From Vitrella brassicaformis CCMP3155 (lineage: Eukaryota; Protista; Chromerida), in assembly GCA_001179505.1 (NCBI GenBank), contig CDMY01000284.1:62001-126000 (forward strand): DNA of 64,000 nt. The letters are read 5' to 3'. Under the pieces are notes generated by a model. That model searched no databases. It was given only the letters and a program-made list of their open reading frames with translations, and was not told the DNA's origin. This document shows, piece after piece, positions 37,330 to 51,664 of the stretch (the stretch's first letter is position 1; every line of letters begins with the position of its first letter). The position numbers and the translations under genes were made by a program.

Positions 37330-40300
37330 TTAAGAACAGCTCCCTGCCTCACTCACTCCACTCACCCCCGTCGCCCCGCCCACTGTGAACACCTCGATCT
37401 CATCAGCAAAAAACACATCCAGGTTGTATACCGGAACCGGTGGCACGTTGGGGTGCAGCGGCTGCAACATCGTTGCCTCCCATCCCGCCCTCACGCAGCA
37501 CCGCCCATCCGCCCCCTGCGCCCAACCCAAAGGCGGTGGCGCCCACATCCCCAGCCACTCGAATCCTCCGCCCACGCTCACCTTGGCTAGCTGCCCCTGT
37601 TGCTCGTTGTTTGCTTGCGAGACAGTGATGCAGTAGGGCATCACCGAGGGCGACTGGAAGGTGGGCGGGGAGGCGCCGGATGCCTTGAAGACGAGCCCCG
37701 CCGCCTCATAGGCATTGAGAGCTACATGCGAGGGCGGCTGGATACTCTCGTCAATGAAGCAGCCGTGCATGTCTCCGTCCGAGCGGACGAGGAACAGCAG
37801 GCCCCTCGCATCGCCCACACGACCGAGCATATCGGTGTACCCATGCCCGTGCTCAGTCGCCCTGCAACAGGGACAGAGCAAACACCACAAACAGCACATG
37901 AGCCAGGCGGAAGAGATGGTCGATGGCTCATTCTTACTTGTAGAGAAGCTCAATGCCTGCGATGTGTATGCCTGTCTTCTGCAGTATGGCCATCAGCTGA
38001 GCGGCAGAGGCGATCACCGAGGGGCTGGTGAGACACGGCCCGTCGCCATGCAGCCGCAGCATGGGCTCCATCAGCAGGTCGCGTTGCTGCATGACGGCCA
38101 TGAGTGGTGCCTTGAGCCGTCGAGGCGCACAGGGGGGATCGATCACACTCATGAGGCTAGCAGCATACATGCGGCCGGCGAAGTCGGTGGCGAGCGCCTC
38201 GGCTGCGGCATCGGGCGGGAGGGAGGGGAGGTAGTGTGACAGCTGCTTGACTGTGGCCTCCAGGTTCATGCTCATCTCCAGCCTCTGCTGCTGCTCCTCC
38301 GTCTGCATCAGTGATGCGAGCAGCTGGCCAGTCGACGAGTAGGCAAACGCCACCTTGCGAAACTGGTGGATAAGCACAGACACATTGCAAGGAAATGACA
38401 CGGTGCCTCCTGCCCTCCACCCATGCACATCTGTCCCGATGTGTGCCCATACTTACCGCTGCGATGTGCTCTGCGGTCATGAAGAGCTCTATCTGCCCTT
38501 CCGGGAGGTCCATGAAGCTGGAGATCTGATGCGCACCGGCCGTCATGACGTAACGCGCGTCTGTGTCCATGGCGTGGATGGCTATCTGCTGGGGCGCAAA
38601 GCGTCGCTCCACGGCCTCCATCAGGTCACCCAGGTGGGAGCGATGGGGCAGGACGACCGTCAGCTCAGAGATGGACTCTACTTCGAGGGCCGACAGAATG
38701 AACGTCCCCGGATCGACCACAGCGGCAGACGGCACTGCAACAATCGAGACACGGAGACACAGAGACGCTCGAGGGGAGGGTGGATGAGCGCATTCTTCCC
38801 CATCTCTTGGCCACTTACCGTCTAGGTGCATGACCAGGTTTTTGATGCTAGGCAGGTCGTCCTTGTGATCCCCCAGTGTGATGCCCTCCCTCTCGTCCTC
38901 AGCCTTGATGAGGTCGCCGCCACCCTCGGACACAAAGCCCAGACTCAGGCGGTCGATCTCACCATGGCCTCGGCTGGTGAGAGCCTGGCGCGCCTCTGCC
39001 TCACTGCCGGACATTGCAAGGTCGCTCAGCGAGGTCATTTGTGCTCTCATGAGTGCCGCCAGGCGGATGGCGATGTCTCCTTCGGCGATGAGTGTCTTGG
39101 CCCCCCGCAGCCGTCCGTCGAAGGGCAGCACAGGCAGCTGCCGCCCATCTCCTGGCGTCAGGGACGCGAACTGGATCCGGTTCGGCATCTGCGATGCACG
39201 AATGCCCTTGAGCAGGTCCAGCACGTCTGCCGGCGCCATGTCCATCAGCTGCAGGTTGCCGAGATGCGCCCCCTTGCTGAGCAGCATCTTGGCCACTCCC
39301 AGCCCGATGCGGCTCTCGACGGTCAGACCTGTCACCGGGAGGAGCCCGATCGGGCTGAAGGCGTCGAGCTCGGGCGGCTCGGGTGGGATGGCATCGGGTG
39401 GCGGGGTCCATCCGTCCGCACACTCGATGGAAATGCTGTATCCCTCAGGTGGCGCCTCACAAGCTGGGAACACCAGCCCACTCTGCATGCTGTGAGCGAT
39501 GGGGCCGTTCCGGGGGAGGGCAAGTTGGTCCTGCGTGACCGTCCAGACGTAGCGGCATTGGGAGGGGCTCGGACCATGCGTCTCGAGTCTCGGGCAGACG
39601 AGACTGCTATCCGAGATGCCACGCCGCGCACCGTATGTCTGGAGCAGCGTACAGAGGAGTGGGGAGCCGCAGGGGGGCAGCTTGCTGAAATCGAAGCGGG
39701 TGTAGGCCAGCAGGTGGGGGAGGGGAATGTCTTGCACCTCCTCGCCGTCGGCAGGGGGCTGGATGAAGATGCCGACCTCGCCCGAGGGTGAGCAGATTGC
39801 GTCGATGAATGTGGCGAGGGCCTTGAATGCCGCGTAGTCGTTGAGGATCAGCGAATGACAGTCGTTGGGATGCACCTCCACACCCAGGAGATCCAGAGAC
39901 TTCGAGCAGCCTCGATCCACCAAGCACGCCTGAAAGCAGAAAGAACACAATCGACAGAGCCAAGAAGCTATCAATGCCGTGGCTGGCCCTCCTCAGTCTT
40001 CTGTGTGTCCCCTCGTGTCTTTCTTTCTGTGTCACCCACCTGGAGGTCCCGAAGGCCGTCTATAAGATCAGCCGATTCGATATCGAAGAGCTTGATGTAG
40101 CTGATCGTCTGCAGCTTCGCGAGAGGCCCCTGGCTCCCCCGCTGCCCCACTGGAATAGACCCGATCAGCTCCGCTACCTGTGATGGCGCCGGCAGGCCTT
40201 CGCGCAGATCGACCAGGGACCTCGTCGTGGCAACGAACGGCCTGATGTGCGCTATCTCGTCGGACACATGCGTAGACACGCACTCGACGGCCGGTGTTGT

Positions 40301-40986
40301 CCATCCCCGCCCATCGATGACCGAGTGGGCAGTGTGAACCCCGATGGCCTCGGTGAGGGCCGCCAGGTTGATGGGGTGGGATGGGGCGGCAGCAAGAGGA
40401 GCAGAGTTGATGGTGTTCAGCTGTTCAGCCTCGGAAAGTGCGAGATCCGAAATTACCACCGGCTCGAAGCTCAGTGACTTGAGCGAGCCCTCGGGCATGC
40501 CGGTGACTGGTCCCTCCTTGTCGCGCGCCGCCTGTCGTCCCGCCGCATGGCCCTCCACCAGTGCGATGACAACCCCGCGGCACCACCCAAATGCACGGAC
40601 AAAGTGGCCATCTTCGGTCCCTTCTGCCCCATCAGGTGTCTGCGGAAATCGATGGACGAGACACTTGAGGTTGATCATCTGTTGGCCGAGCTCGTATGCC
40701 GTCTGCGGCGCCATGCTGCTCCAGAATCTCCGGTGGCGAGTGTTGCTATAGTCGATGACGAGCTCGGTGTGGTGCTGCAGGACGACGCCGCTGAGTGGGG
40801 AGGGGAGGGGCGGCTTCAGACACCACACGGGATTGACAAACGCAAAGACGCCGACGTGAAGCTCTCGAGGCTGTACACACACCGACGGCAGATACAAAGG
40901 AATGAATGCATCTGCCACCTTCACTTGAGCCATCTGTTTGTCGATGCATTCCTACGTACCATGGAGATGCCCGACCAGCCCTGCAT
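37330..40986 (-). CDS. Lineage-specific family protein with C-terminal TLDc-like domain, multi-exon
   Basis: N-terminal LQHHTELVIDYS...WCRGVVIALVEGHAAGRQ. C-terminal GLLFLVRSDGDMHGCFID...FFADEIEVFTV resembles the TLDc signature. Both termini are approximate. Confidence 0.6.
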
Positions 40987-41587
40987 CCGAATGGCCTGCC
41001 CTTCAGCAGCACCCACAAGAACCAAAGAAGGACGACTGCACAACACATTGGATGCTGCTGTTTGTGATCTACCTTGAAAACGGCCGCAGCAGCCTCACTA
41101 TCCTCCGCACCGCCATCAGCGGCATCATCGCCATCAGCAGACGACGAGGCGGCTTCAGCGTGGCCACCAATACCTGCACGAAATGAGATGCATCAGCAAC
41201 AGCCGAAGAATGCACCATCAATGGCTTCAGTACCTTGCTGCCGGGCGACTGGTCGCCAGATCTGCCGCTTGCGAGCCATGCTTGAGCGTCAATAGCGATA
41301 TCTACCACGACGTCTACAAATCGTCGCCAGGGAAAGAACGGCGAGGAACGGCCAGGAATCCTGCGAGCTCTCGGCCAGGACAACAGCAAATAAAAGGCAA
41401 ACGAGAAGCAGGGCGGACCTCTCGAAGCGGGCACCGGCAACCTTGTGCTTTTCGACATTTCGCGTATCTGCACGAATCTTTGGGTCATCGCTCTCCAGGT
41501 GAGGCAACGAGCAGCAAACGAGAGCCTTCTCTGCACTCAATCGAGGAGTCAGCAATCATATGTTGCTTTGTGTGTTGTGTTTGTCAG

Positions 41588-44240
41588 ATGAAGCGTGGCT
41601 TCCTGTCGCCGAAGGCGGAGCAGAGGGCTGCAGCTGCCGCATCGACTGCCGAGGAATCAGTCAGTCCTCAGCGAAAACGAAAGGTACAACGCACACTGAC
41701 GTTCCTGAAATGCCCGCAAATGACTGACAAATTGCTCGGTCTGTGTGTTCGCCCAGGCGAGGCCTCCTCCTCGTGTGTCTGCGGCCATCAAACGGCAGTT
41801 TCCCCACCTCGAGCATGCCTGCGGCCGGCCACTCCTTCTGCTGCAGGCTTCCCTCGGCCCCTCGCTGTTTCTCACTCCCACCCCCGCCAAGGCCCGGTGT
41901 CTGGTCATCGACTTCGCCCACAGAAACACCCGCCGCATGTGGGAAGCGGTCTCACTTGAGGTCGCATATCAGTGGGGGATGGCTGCAGTGACTCTCGAGA
42001 AGCTGGTGGTCCGCTATCCGAAGCCGGCGGTGTCGCGGCGGGAGCGCAGCAATGCACCGATGTGGTGCATGGGCGTGTGGGTGGCGATACTGGAGGGGCA
42101 CGCCCACGGGCGGCAGCAAGCCATCGCCGTCAAGAACAAGGCAGACAAGCGGCCCGGTGACACCAACGATCTGATAGAGATCAGCACGGGCGTGCCGGTG
42201 CCTGCGGAGCTGATGCAGCCAATGCACACCAGTGGCGTACCATTGGCTTCAGCGCTACCAGCACTTGGACACAACACGTCGCAGGCAAGTCGTCAAGTGA
42301 CGGTGTGTACGTCATGATGGAAATTGTGCGTGTGTGTTTCCTTCAGCCGTCGGGCGTGTGCTCCCGAACGGCGTCGGCAGCAGCTTCCAATGGGTCGCTG
42401 CGGGTACTGGAGTTCGAGGCGGTGGACATTGGAGGTCCACAGGAGTGGGAGAGAGGAGACGGTGATGTGGCCCCATCTTCGCAGCCCCTCCCTCCCAAGA
42501 CTGATGGCGCTGTCCCTCCTCGCATCCTTCCCGTTCACCTGCCGGCCCTCACGGAAGAGGAAGAAGAAGAAGAAGAAGAAGAAGATAATAATAATAATAA
42601 TGATGATGATAGTGTTAACGGTGATGACAACGGTGATGCCAATGCGGTGACCTCTTCACAGCCCCTCCCTCCCAAGACTGATGGTGGTGTCCCTCCCCGC
42701 ATCCTTCCCGTCTACCTGCCGGCCCTCACGGAGGTCCGCAACATGCCCGTCGAAGTCGCAAACGTGCGGATGGATCGCTCTTGGTACGACCAATCAACAG
42801 CACAGAGAGGGAGAGAGCAGGAGGGAGAGGGATGGGGCACTTGATGGGATACGTTGTGTATGTGTAGGCACACACCTCAGATCAAAGTCCTCACCTTCAC
42901 CAAACTTCCCACAGTCATCTTGTCTGCACGAGGATGTCGGCGCTGAGTGGGTGCGGGGCTGCACGAGCCTGGAGGCGCTGGTGTGCGACGACTCCGGCAA
43001 CGGCGACGGCATGGTGATACGGGCCATGCTGGCTGAGCTGCCTGCAGACGGCAAGTCGTTGGAAGGTCTGCGAGAGCTCGGCAACATCTACCTGTATGGG
43101 GCCGAAGTTGGCGAAATTCAGCAACTGGAGCATGCTCTCACCTCGCGGGGCTGCATGAACAGGCTGACTAAGCTATGCATCGACACGGGCGTGATACTGC
43201 GCATGGACGTTCAAGGAGACGTCGACAACCTGATAATGCTCGACCATCTCGTGTAAGCAAGCAGGACAGAGGAGGCAACAAAAGGGCTGCACGATTGTCT
43301 GTGTGCCTCGTATGCCACCAGGACGGCTGTCGTTGACCCAGAGGCGTTGCTGACCGGCGGTGTCGAGTGGGTTGACTTGGGTGAAGACGATCGGGATGCC
43401 TGGGATCGGGAAGCAGAACTGTCGGTCGAGTTGCTGTCGTGGGCGCGGGCTAAGTCCCCGTTCCTTCGGTATCACATAGAGCAGTTCGCCCGCATCGTCC
43501 CCCGCGTCATCTATCATGGCCTACCCGAACCGAACGAGCTCGCCGCGACCGCCATAACACCATCGACCTTCCCCCGAGCTGACTGCTTCCACCTGTGTGC
43601 CGAGTCGCTGACGCCCGACACGATGCAACGCGCCGTGTCCGTGGCGACGGCAATCGGCAAAAACTACATCCGCGTGTCTGGGAAGGTAGATGTAGATGCG
43701 GCTCCCAGGGAAGCGGCTGTCGAGTTCCTCAAGGCACTACAAGCAGCCCGGCTCAACGAGGGCGGCGAGACGGCACTGGACGTCTTGTATTACTTGTCGC
43801 TGGGCGACGAGGAGGTGGGATCCTTATGGGAGACGCACGCCGCCGAAGTGTCCCCGATCAGATGCCTGGAGCTGTGGATTACCGGTGGGTACAGACACGT
43901 GGCTATGGAGAGGGTCCTGTGCATGCGTGTCGATGTGCGCCGCTCAGATATGATTCCACAAGGCGCCTCAGACAACGAGCGTCGAGCCTTCATCGAGACC
44001 GTCAGCAAGAACCTCCTGGCGATGCTCAAGGCGTCCACCCGCCTCGGTGGCCATCGAGAGACGCACGTCCGGTTCTTCTTGCCTCCATGGTTTGTGCGCC
44101 ATGGGGATGTGAGTGACTACTTTGCGCGGCACCACCTGTCAGACGACTTCGACGAGACGCCTTACACCTTTGATGGCACGTCCCTGAGCCTGCGCAGGCG
44201 CAGCGCAGGTGGGGAAGCGAACGAGGGAAGGGGAGGATGA
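41588..44240 (+). CDS. Paralog of the same lineage-specific family, multi-exon
   Basis: LVIDFAHRNTRRMWEAVS...WCMGVWVAILEGHAHGRQ aligns with the upstream minus-strand gene; long final exon ends at 44240. Confidence 0.65.
42476..42732 (+). repeat. Coding duplication of about 80 bp (177-bp period) flanking GAA/AAT/GAT microsatellites
   Basis: SSQPLPPKTDGxVPPRILPVxLPALTE twice, separated by poly-E, poly-N and D runs. Confidence 0.9.
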
Positions 44241-44499
44241 TTCATTGTCTTCATTGCCTCCTTTTGTTCAGGAGAGGCTTCTGATTGAGCGCCATTATTT
44301 GGTGCGTGCATGCCCCATGCTCGAGTCATGTCTGTCTGTCTGTCCATGTGAGACGCATGGATACAAACCGGGATTGTCCCTCTTGATCTCTGGGCAATCC
44401 CATTAGCTCGCTGCACAGCTAATGGGCAGACGCAGAGCAAGAGTGTTTTATCGGGCGGAGTGGCAGACACTGTGGTGATTGGATAATTCGCATTTCGCG

Positions 44500-47400
44500 T
44501 TTGGTTTTCGATCAGCCCATCGATGAATGAAGGGTCCATCCGCTACACACGCACAGTCGCCAAGCCGAGCAGATCCTCGCACTCGTCACACCACTCACAC
44601 ACATACCAACCATCGAAACCACAGCTCACTGCTGCCGCCCGCATCTCACCACCACCATCACCACCATCGACATGACGCCTCCCAGCCATCTCCTCATCTG
44701 CGTCATGCACTTGGTCCACCATCGGGTTGCCCCCTCCCTCTTGCTGCTGCTGCTGCTCAGGGGCCGCACGCGCACGATTGACACTCACAATGGGGTCGTC
44801 AGGTATGGCCTGCTGCTGCTGGTGGAACGCCTGGGCGAGTGTGTGCGTCCGTTGCCATTTGCTGACTCGCCGGTTGAGAGAGACCACATCAGGTGCCTGG
44901 GACCCCCGCAGCTCCATGGCGGTCGTGTATGCGGCAAGGAAGGTGGCCGCTCGGTTGGTGACGGCCTCCTTGCTGGCCGCCGATAGCTTGACGGGCTTCG
45001 GTGTTGGTGCTGGTGTTGGTGCTGGTGTTGGTGCTGGCGGCCGCACAGACGTCTGCTGCCGCTTTGGTGCCGGTGCGGCGGCTGGTGGTGGGGCCGGCTG
45101 GTCGTCGCCCTCGAGCATCTGCTCCAGGAAGTCCTCCACTTCTTCTTCATCCTCCTCCTCTTCATGATCTCGTTCTTGTCTTTGCTCTTGGTCGCCTCTC
45201 TCCCGCTGGTCCTGCTGGTCTATCGGCATCTCTGTCTCTACCTCGTCCATCGCTTGACACTGTGCTTCGTCGACGAAAGGCTCCTCGTGCGGCTGCCGAA
45301 GGGCTCCTGTCTGCCGACTCGCCTCGGCCGCGATGGTGTGGATGGTGGAGACGAGGGCAAGACGGAGGGGCTCTGCAGCCATGGGGCTGCACATGACGGA
45401 AGTGGCGTCCTTGACAAGACAGTCCTGGTCGGCAATGTCAGCCGAGAGGGCGAGAGACGCCATGGCCATGCGCATGACCCCCGGCAGAGCGGAGGGCGGG
45501 TGAGAGGGGACACCACGACGGTGCACACCTGCACACAAAGCGACGACACATGAGTAGTGAGTGTCGGTATCGACAAGGGCGGGGTGCTGGGGGCCAGTGT
45601 ACCTCTGAGTGTCCATTCGCCCGATGGGTATTGGGGAGGCGCCGATGCCGCCAAAATCACGTCGCCGAGACTCCGCTGCACACATGTGCACACACAAGTC
45701 ATGATCCACGTGTTGCCTTTGTGACGCCCACCCACCCCCCACTGACCATGCAGAGCTGCACGACGCAGTCGTGAAGGATGGAGATCTCCACTGCCGTGGT
45801 CTTGCGATGCTTGGCCATCGAGCTCTCCCGGTCCCGCTTGCCACCCGCATCGGAGAGCGGCCCCTCCCCCTTGCTGCTGCTCCGCCTGTCGGGGGACAGG
45901 TCCCTGTCGCGCCGAGAGATATCATACATGTCGGGCGGCTCGGACGGATCCCGAAGCTCCTCATCCTTGATATGACACACGGAGAGAAGGAATGACACAC
46001 GGAATGGTCCCTCTCTCTCTCTCTCTCTCTCTCGTGCCCCACATTCCTGCAGACTCACCTTCTTGGTAGAAGGCGATTCCTGCAGGATGTCCTCGAGCGC
46101 GATGATCTCGTTCAAGTCGGTCCCCCCGCCCATACTCGGCCGCGGCGAAGAGGGCGGCTTGGGCGACATGGAGCCCCGACGGGCCATGGGCGATGGAGAG
46201 AGAGGGGGGAATGGCATCGAGTAGGTGCGTGAGGGGGAGGAAGGCCCGGCGAAGGACAGCTTGTCCATGTCGGGCTCGGTCTCGAACTCCTCGTGGCCGC
46301 GAACGATGACGTCCACCAGGCCGTGTGGTGGGTGTGGGTGTGGGTGCTCTGCTGCCTTTGGCTCGATGAGGTTCATCTGCAGGAAGTGCAGGCATGTGGC
46401 GACGTCGCCGACGAGCCGAAGGAGACAGTCCAGACCGAGGTAGATGATGCCCTGACCACCACCCACCACAGACGGACGGACCCCAAGTGCATTGATTGCC
46501 TCTTGTTGGTCTGTCTGACCTGCATGGCGGCGTACACAGTGGTGTAGGAGTGCTCTCCCGGCCGTTGCAGCACCTCTGCATACCGCTTCTCAACACGCCT
46601 GGCCAGGCTCCTCACCTCATTACCCTCCCCGCCGTCAGACAAGCCAAGGGAAGGCCCATGACTGCACACGTGCAGTGTGTGTGCGTGTGTGTGTGGTCTG
46701 GTTAGGTCGTTAATTGGGTGTAGACGTACGTGAGCAGCAGCCGGGCCACGAGGTCGACGGCGCGCCTCCTCATGTGCAGCAGCAGCCTCAGCTTGTCGGG
46801 GTGCGATGCCGCAGCTGCCTTGTCCACAAGCTGGTCTGCGTGCGTTGAGAGCAACCAACGGTACAGCGTCAAGGTGTATGGCGTTCTAGCGTGTCCCCTG
46901 TGTGTCTCGCTCACTCTCGGCCGAAGGGTCGAGGGCAAAGGTGAGGGCAATGTCAAGCACCTCCTCTGTCTGCACGCACACACGCACCGGACTGTCTAAG
47001 GCGCTCCCCCCCCCTCCTCACACACATACGTGTCTCATGAGCTCCATGTGCAGCGTGGGGTTGTCCAGCAAGCCGCTGAAGGTGCGGAACAGCGCCATGG
47101 CGTACTCGACGCTCCTCTCGGGGATCTTGAGCGTCAGAATCGCCGCCATCTGCAAAGATTCGATCGCACAAGACACAACAGAGACAACAGAGAGAGCAGG
47201 TCAGGTGTGGCATGCGGTGAACGAGCGAGGCCTTGTGTGTGCACCCGGCCTCCTCTGCAAAAAACACGCTGGGTGTCGGTGTTCGCACTTCAGTTTGCGC
47301 AGCCGGCAATGACATGAGTGGGCCAGATGCAATCAGGCGAGTGCGGCTGGCTGGCTGGCTCGCTGACTACCCATGGGTAGCCCCCACCCCACCTGTGTCC

Positions 47401-50400
47401 TGGTGAAGTCGAGAACTTCAGGCACCAGCTGAGCCATCCCACGCCCAAGTGCCAATCGACCGAGCGCTGACAGACAGACGGACAGGTAGAGTAGATGGAG
47501 CGAAGGAGCGATGGGCTGTCTCGGTATGAGTGACTTGTTGGGCGAGGGAATGTGTTTGTGTGGTTTACCGAGCTTGACGTCGTGGTCGTCGAGTGTCGCC
47601 GCCCCCTTGGCCACACACCGCAGCTTCTCCTTGAGCAGCTCCCACTCTGCATTAGCCTCCTGCACACACACACACACACACACAGTAGATGCCCCTCCCT
47701 CCCTCCCTCCCTCCTTGTCTGTCCTTTCTCTCTCTCTCTGCCAGTGCATGCACCCCAGGCACCAGGCTGATGGACACGAGCTCCTCGGTGGGTTTGGGGT
47801 GAGACTCTGCAGCTTGGGCGTGTTTGTCGTGCTTGTCCCTCTTTTTCCTCTCCCTCTCCCTCTCGCGCCACCACCCCCTGCCCTTGACACACGGACCGAT
47901 CTGTGCGCGACCGCCCCTTCTCAAAGATCGCTTTGTCGTCGGGGCCGTCGTTGTCTTGGGGCAGTTCTCCGCCGTGCCAGGCATCTCACCGTCGACCACC
48001 AGCCACCGGGGGGCCTGCACACACACACACACACACACACACAGAACCACGTTGACACCATTGATACCTACATGTAGACGCAATGGGCAGACAAGACAAA
48101 AAGGGCGCTTACAATTCGCTCCTGTGGGGGACACGGCGGCATGGGCGAGGCGAGGACACTCGACAGACACACCGCCTGCAATCCAATCAGACGCGACACA
48201 CACGCAACTCCATCCCTGGTCGTTGCGGACGACGTAGGCAGGTACCTTACCTTCTTGACGCATGCAAGCTCCTCTCCGCCATTGGCCGGGCCAGCGGTAC
48301 TAGGCAGAGGCCTGCGCTCGTAGAGCGGCGCCGACGGGTGTGGGTGTGGGATGCCGCCCAGGACAATGGCGTCTTGGTCCTGTGATTGCAGGAGGAAGTT
48401 GATGTGGTGGGGCGAGAGGGCCCTGGTCAGGTCGACGGTCCACCTCTCAAGCACCATCTTCACTTGCTTGCGGAGCTGGCTCTCGACGAAGACGGCCAGC
48501 TCCCGCGCGGCGGCCCGGTTGACAGAGAAACCCTGCAGCAGAGCCATCCGCTCGGCCAGCATCGGGGAGAGCGAAAACCGCGGCCCAGGGAAACCATCAT
48601 CTCCATGGGCGGCGGTCTTGATGGCCCTGCTCCCCCTGGCTGGCGCACGCATCGGTGCTGCCGCTGCTGCTGGGGTCCGCTTGCTGCCCCTGCCCTTTGC
48701 TTTTTTGTTGATGGGCCTCGGCCGTCGGGCGAAGAATGGCGGCTCGGCAAGGAGGAAATGGTGGGTGTGGTACTGGGGGGCCGATGACGCGTCTGCGTCA
48801 GCATCTGGTAGGTCCCATGCGCCCGCCAGGCTGCCTGACGTCGTCCACTGCCAGCACCCCAGCGGCTAACGAACGCATAGAGAGAGCAACACACGGACAT
48901 TCCATTCATGCCGCAACAGAAAGCCCCCCGCCCCTCTCTCATCTCACATACTCCGTTCCACGACGGCAGAGCAGTGTACACCTCGCCAGCCGCCAGAACG
49001 AACAGAGGGCCCACCACGCGCACAAACCGCTCCGCCTCCCGACCACACGGCACACCCATGGCTGGGGCTATGGCTGTGTGTGTGGTGTCGGTGTCGCCCA
49101 GGAGGTTCTCGGCTCGCACACACGTGTCGCGAACGTTCCTTCAATCAAACAGCAACAGGCAGGCAGGCCGCGGTTGCGATGGATCAAGATGCAGTGAAGG
49201 CTCCATCTCACCTGAGTATCCGGCGCGAGGCCTGGAAGGCCCTGGCGCGCATATCGGCGAGCACACCGGTGCCGCTGCTGCTGCCTGTGGGTGGGGGTGG
49301 TGCGTCGGCCTCGTCAGCCATAAAGGGGGCGAGACCCGCCGGCCGCTGACGCTTCGATGGGCCTGCACGATGCTTGCAGCCACACAGTGACTGACAGGCA
49401 GGACCTTGCGTCTTTTCCTTTTTTCCTCTCTGCGCACCTGCTTTGAGGCTGGTCTTCGGCGTGGTCCTCAGGTGTGCCCGCAGCTCTTGTTGGGACCCGC
49501 CGCTCTCGTCCATGACGGTCTCAGCAACGTCGAAGCGCACAGCGATGGAGAGAGATGACGGCTGGTCGCTGTCGGCGTGTGTGGGGCGGAAGCCGACGAG
49601 CTGGACGGAGACCTTCCAGATGCCGATCGGCGCACTGAAGGGGCAGCCCTGTGACGTACACACACACACGTGATGTGATGTTGACCTATGCGGCCGTATG
49701 TCGCTCGCTTACCCAAGGCGCATCGGGGCCTTCCACCCTCTCGGCCATGACCCTCCCCCACACCAGCCCCATCTGCGTCTGAGCCTGCCGCATCAGCACC
49801 ACCGCCTCCACACTCATGTCCAGCCACAGCTGCGGCAGCGGGGCCGCAGATAGGGAGCCGCCATCTCGCCTCGCCGCTCCCCCACCACCCCCTCCCTCCC
49901 GCACTTGTTCAAGGTAGGTGCGCCAGTCGCCCTCGCCGTTCTCGAACCTAATCGTGGCCTCCTCCTTCTCCCGTGGCATGGTCTTCCTGGGCCTGTTGGC
50001 TTCCGGTGGTCGGTCCATGATTTCACGCTGCTGAGCTCGCGCGTCATCGACTGCCGACTGCCACAGAGGGGCGGGGGCGGGTATGTCTTGGCTCGCTGCT
50101 GCTGCTGCTGTTGGTGATGGTGCTGATGGGAGCGGCCGAAAGCCGGACGACAGCAGCCGCTGTTGCCATGAGTCAGGCAGCGACGCAGCCACCGGCAATG
50201 AGGGCAGCTGGACGTTGAGAAGGACTGGTGGGTGCTGCCTGGTCCTGGGGTCGTCAGAGGGACGTCCGGGCGACACCACACGAGCCTGCCGGGTGTCAAC
50301 CGGGGGCGGGGCAGGGGCTGGGAGTCGGAGTGGGGGTGCAGGCGGGGCGGTCATGGCGTGTGTGCTGTGCGTCTTGGGCACCTTCGCCGGCCTCCGTTGC

Positions 50401-51343
50401 TGCGACGCCTTTCGTGGCGCAATCGGCTTCCTTTTGTGCCTCAGAAGACCTGGCAAAGACACAACAGACAGGGGTCCGTCCATTCCAGGTGCGTGTGTGT
50501 ACCTTACCTTGAGCAACGGCGTTTGCCTTTGCGACATGCCCCTCCATGTCCCCTGTCGGTGGCTGGAAGAACTCCCTCACCTGGGCGTCGATCCGCTTGG
50601 CCACCTTGATCTTCCACTCGTGGCTGCTGTCCCGGCCCCTCTTGCCGGCACCCACACTCACCGTCTCCATCTCTCTTGCCTCCTCGCCCTCACGCACCAT
50701 CTCACGGACGGCCATCCGCTCGGCAAGTAGCATCTTCAGACGCAGTGCCGATGCGCTGTTGATGTCCAGCCGTCCCTCGGCAGAGGGGGGCTTGATGACC
50801 TCTCTGTCTGCTGATGTGGGTCGTTGAAGTGTGTGTCGCGCGATGGCGTCACTCATGGCCTGCTGCACCCACTCGGCCCGCTCTCGCGCGTCCATGACCG
50901 CTGCTGGTGTGGCGGTGTGGATGGGCACTGAGCGGCATAGGTACTCGTTGGTGCTGCTCAGGGTGTCGGCAGGGAGGGTGCACTCGACGATGACCAGCCA
51001 TGAGAGGGGGTCTCGCAGCAGCTTCAGGCCGTCCACCTGGTCGACAACCACACCCGACAGCATACCATACACACACACAGAGGCAGACAGTTGTGCATCG
51101 CCCTCCCTCTCTCTCTGTGAGTGGGGTTGGTGCATCGGCTAGGCTGCTCACCTGTGGCAGCTGGTCGATACAGGCGAGCACATCGGGCGGCAGGGTCCCC
51201 CTGTGGTGCTCTCTATCACCATCCATGTCGACGTCATGCATCAGGTTGTGGTCCTGAGGATGAGTGCCGTTGACCATGCCGCCACTCATCGGGGAGCCTC
51301 TCTTGCCGGCGGCTGTCCCAGCCATGTGCGCAGCGCCGACCAT
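44500..51343 (-). CDS. Large multi-exon hypothetical protein (possibly two genes)
   Basis: A chain of exon-like segments with consistent GT-AG junctions where checked (e.g. LPPDVLACIDQLPQ|VDGLKLLRD, MEMM|GFSVNRAAARELAVFVE, EANAEWELLKEKLR). No recognisable domain; 3' end uncertain. Confidence 0.5.
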
Positions 51344-51664
51344 GCCAATGCGACTGAGCACGGTTGCGAATGCGGCCAGATCACTTGATGCGCAGCCAGA
51401 GGGATTGATGCATCTTCAACGATTCTTCATTCCCGTGGTGCTGCGGGGAGTCCTGGGCAGCGAAAAGAGGATGCAGCATCGCCATTACCTCGCACTCGTC
51501 TGCGAGCTGAGCCAGCAGGGGAAGACGTTCACGTCAGCTTAGCGTCATCCGCTCCCTCCCTGACAGCCAGCCCCGAGCCCCTGACTCATCCCTCCCTTCT
51601 CGCCCCTCATCTTGCTTTCTCCATCCCACAGAGGCAGTCAGTCGCCGTAGCCCCACTGTGTGAG

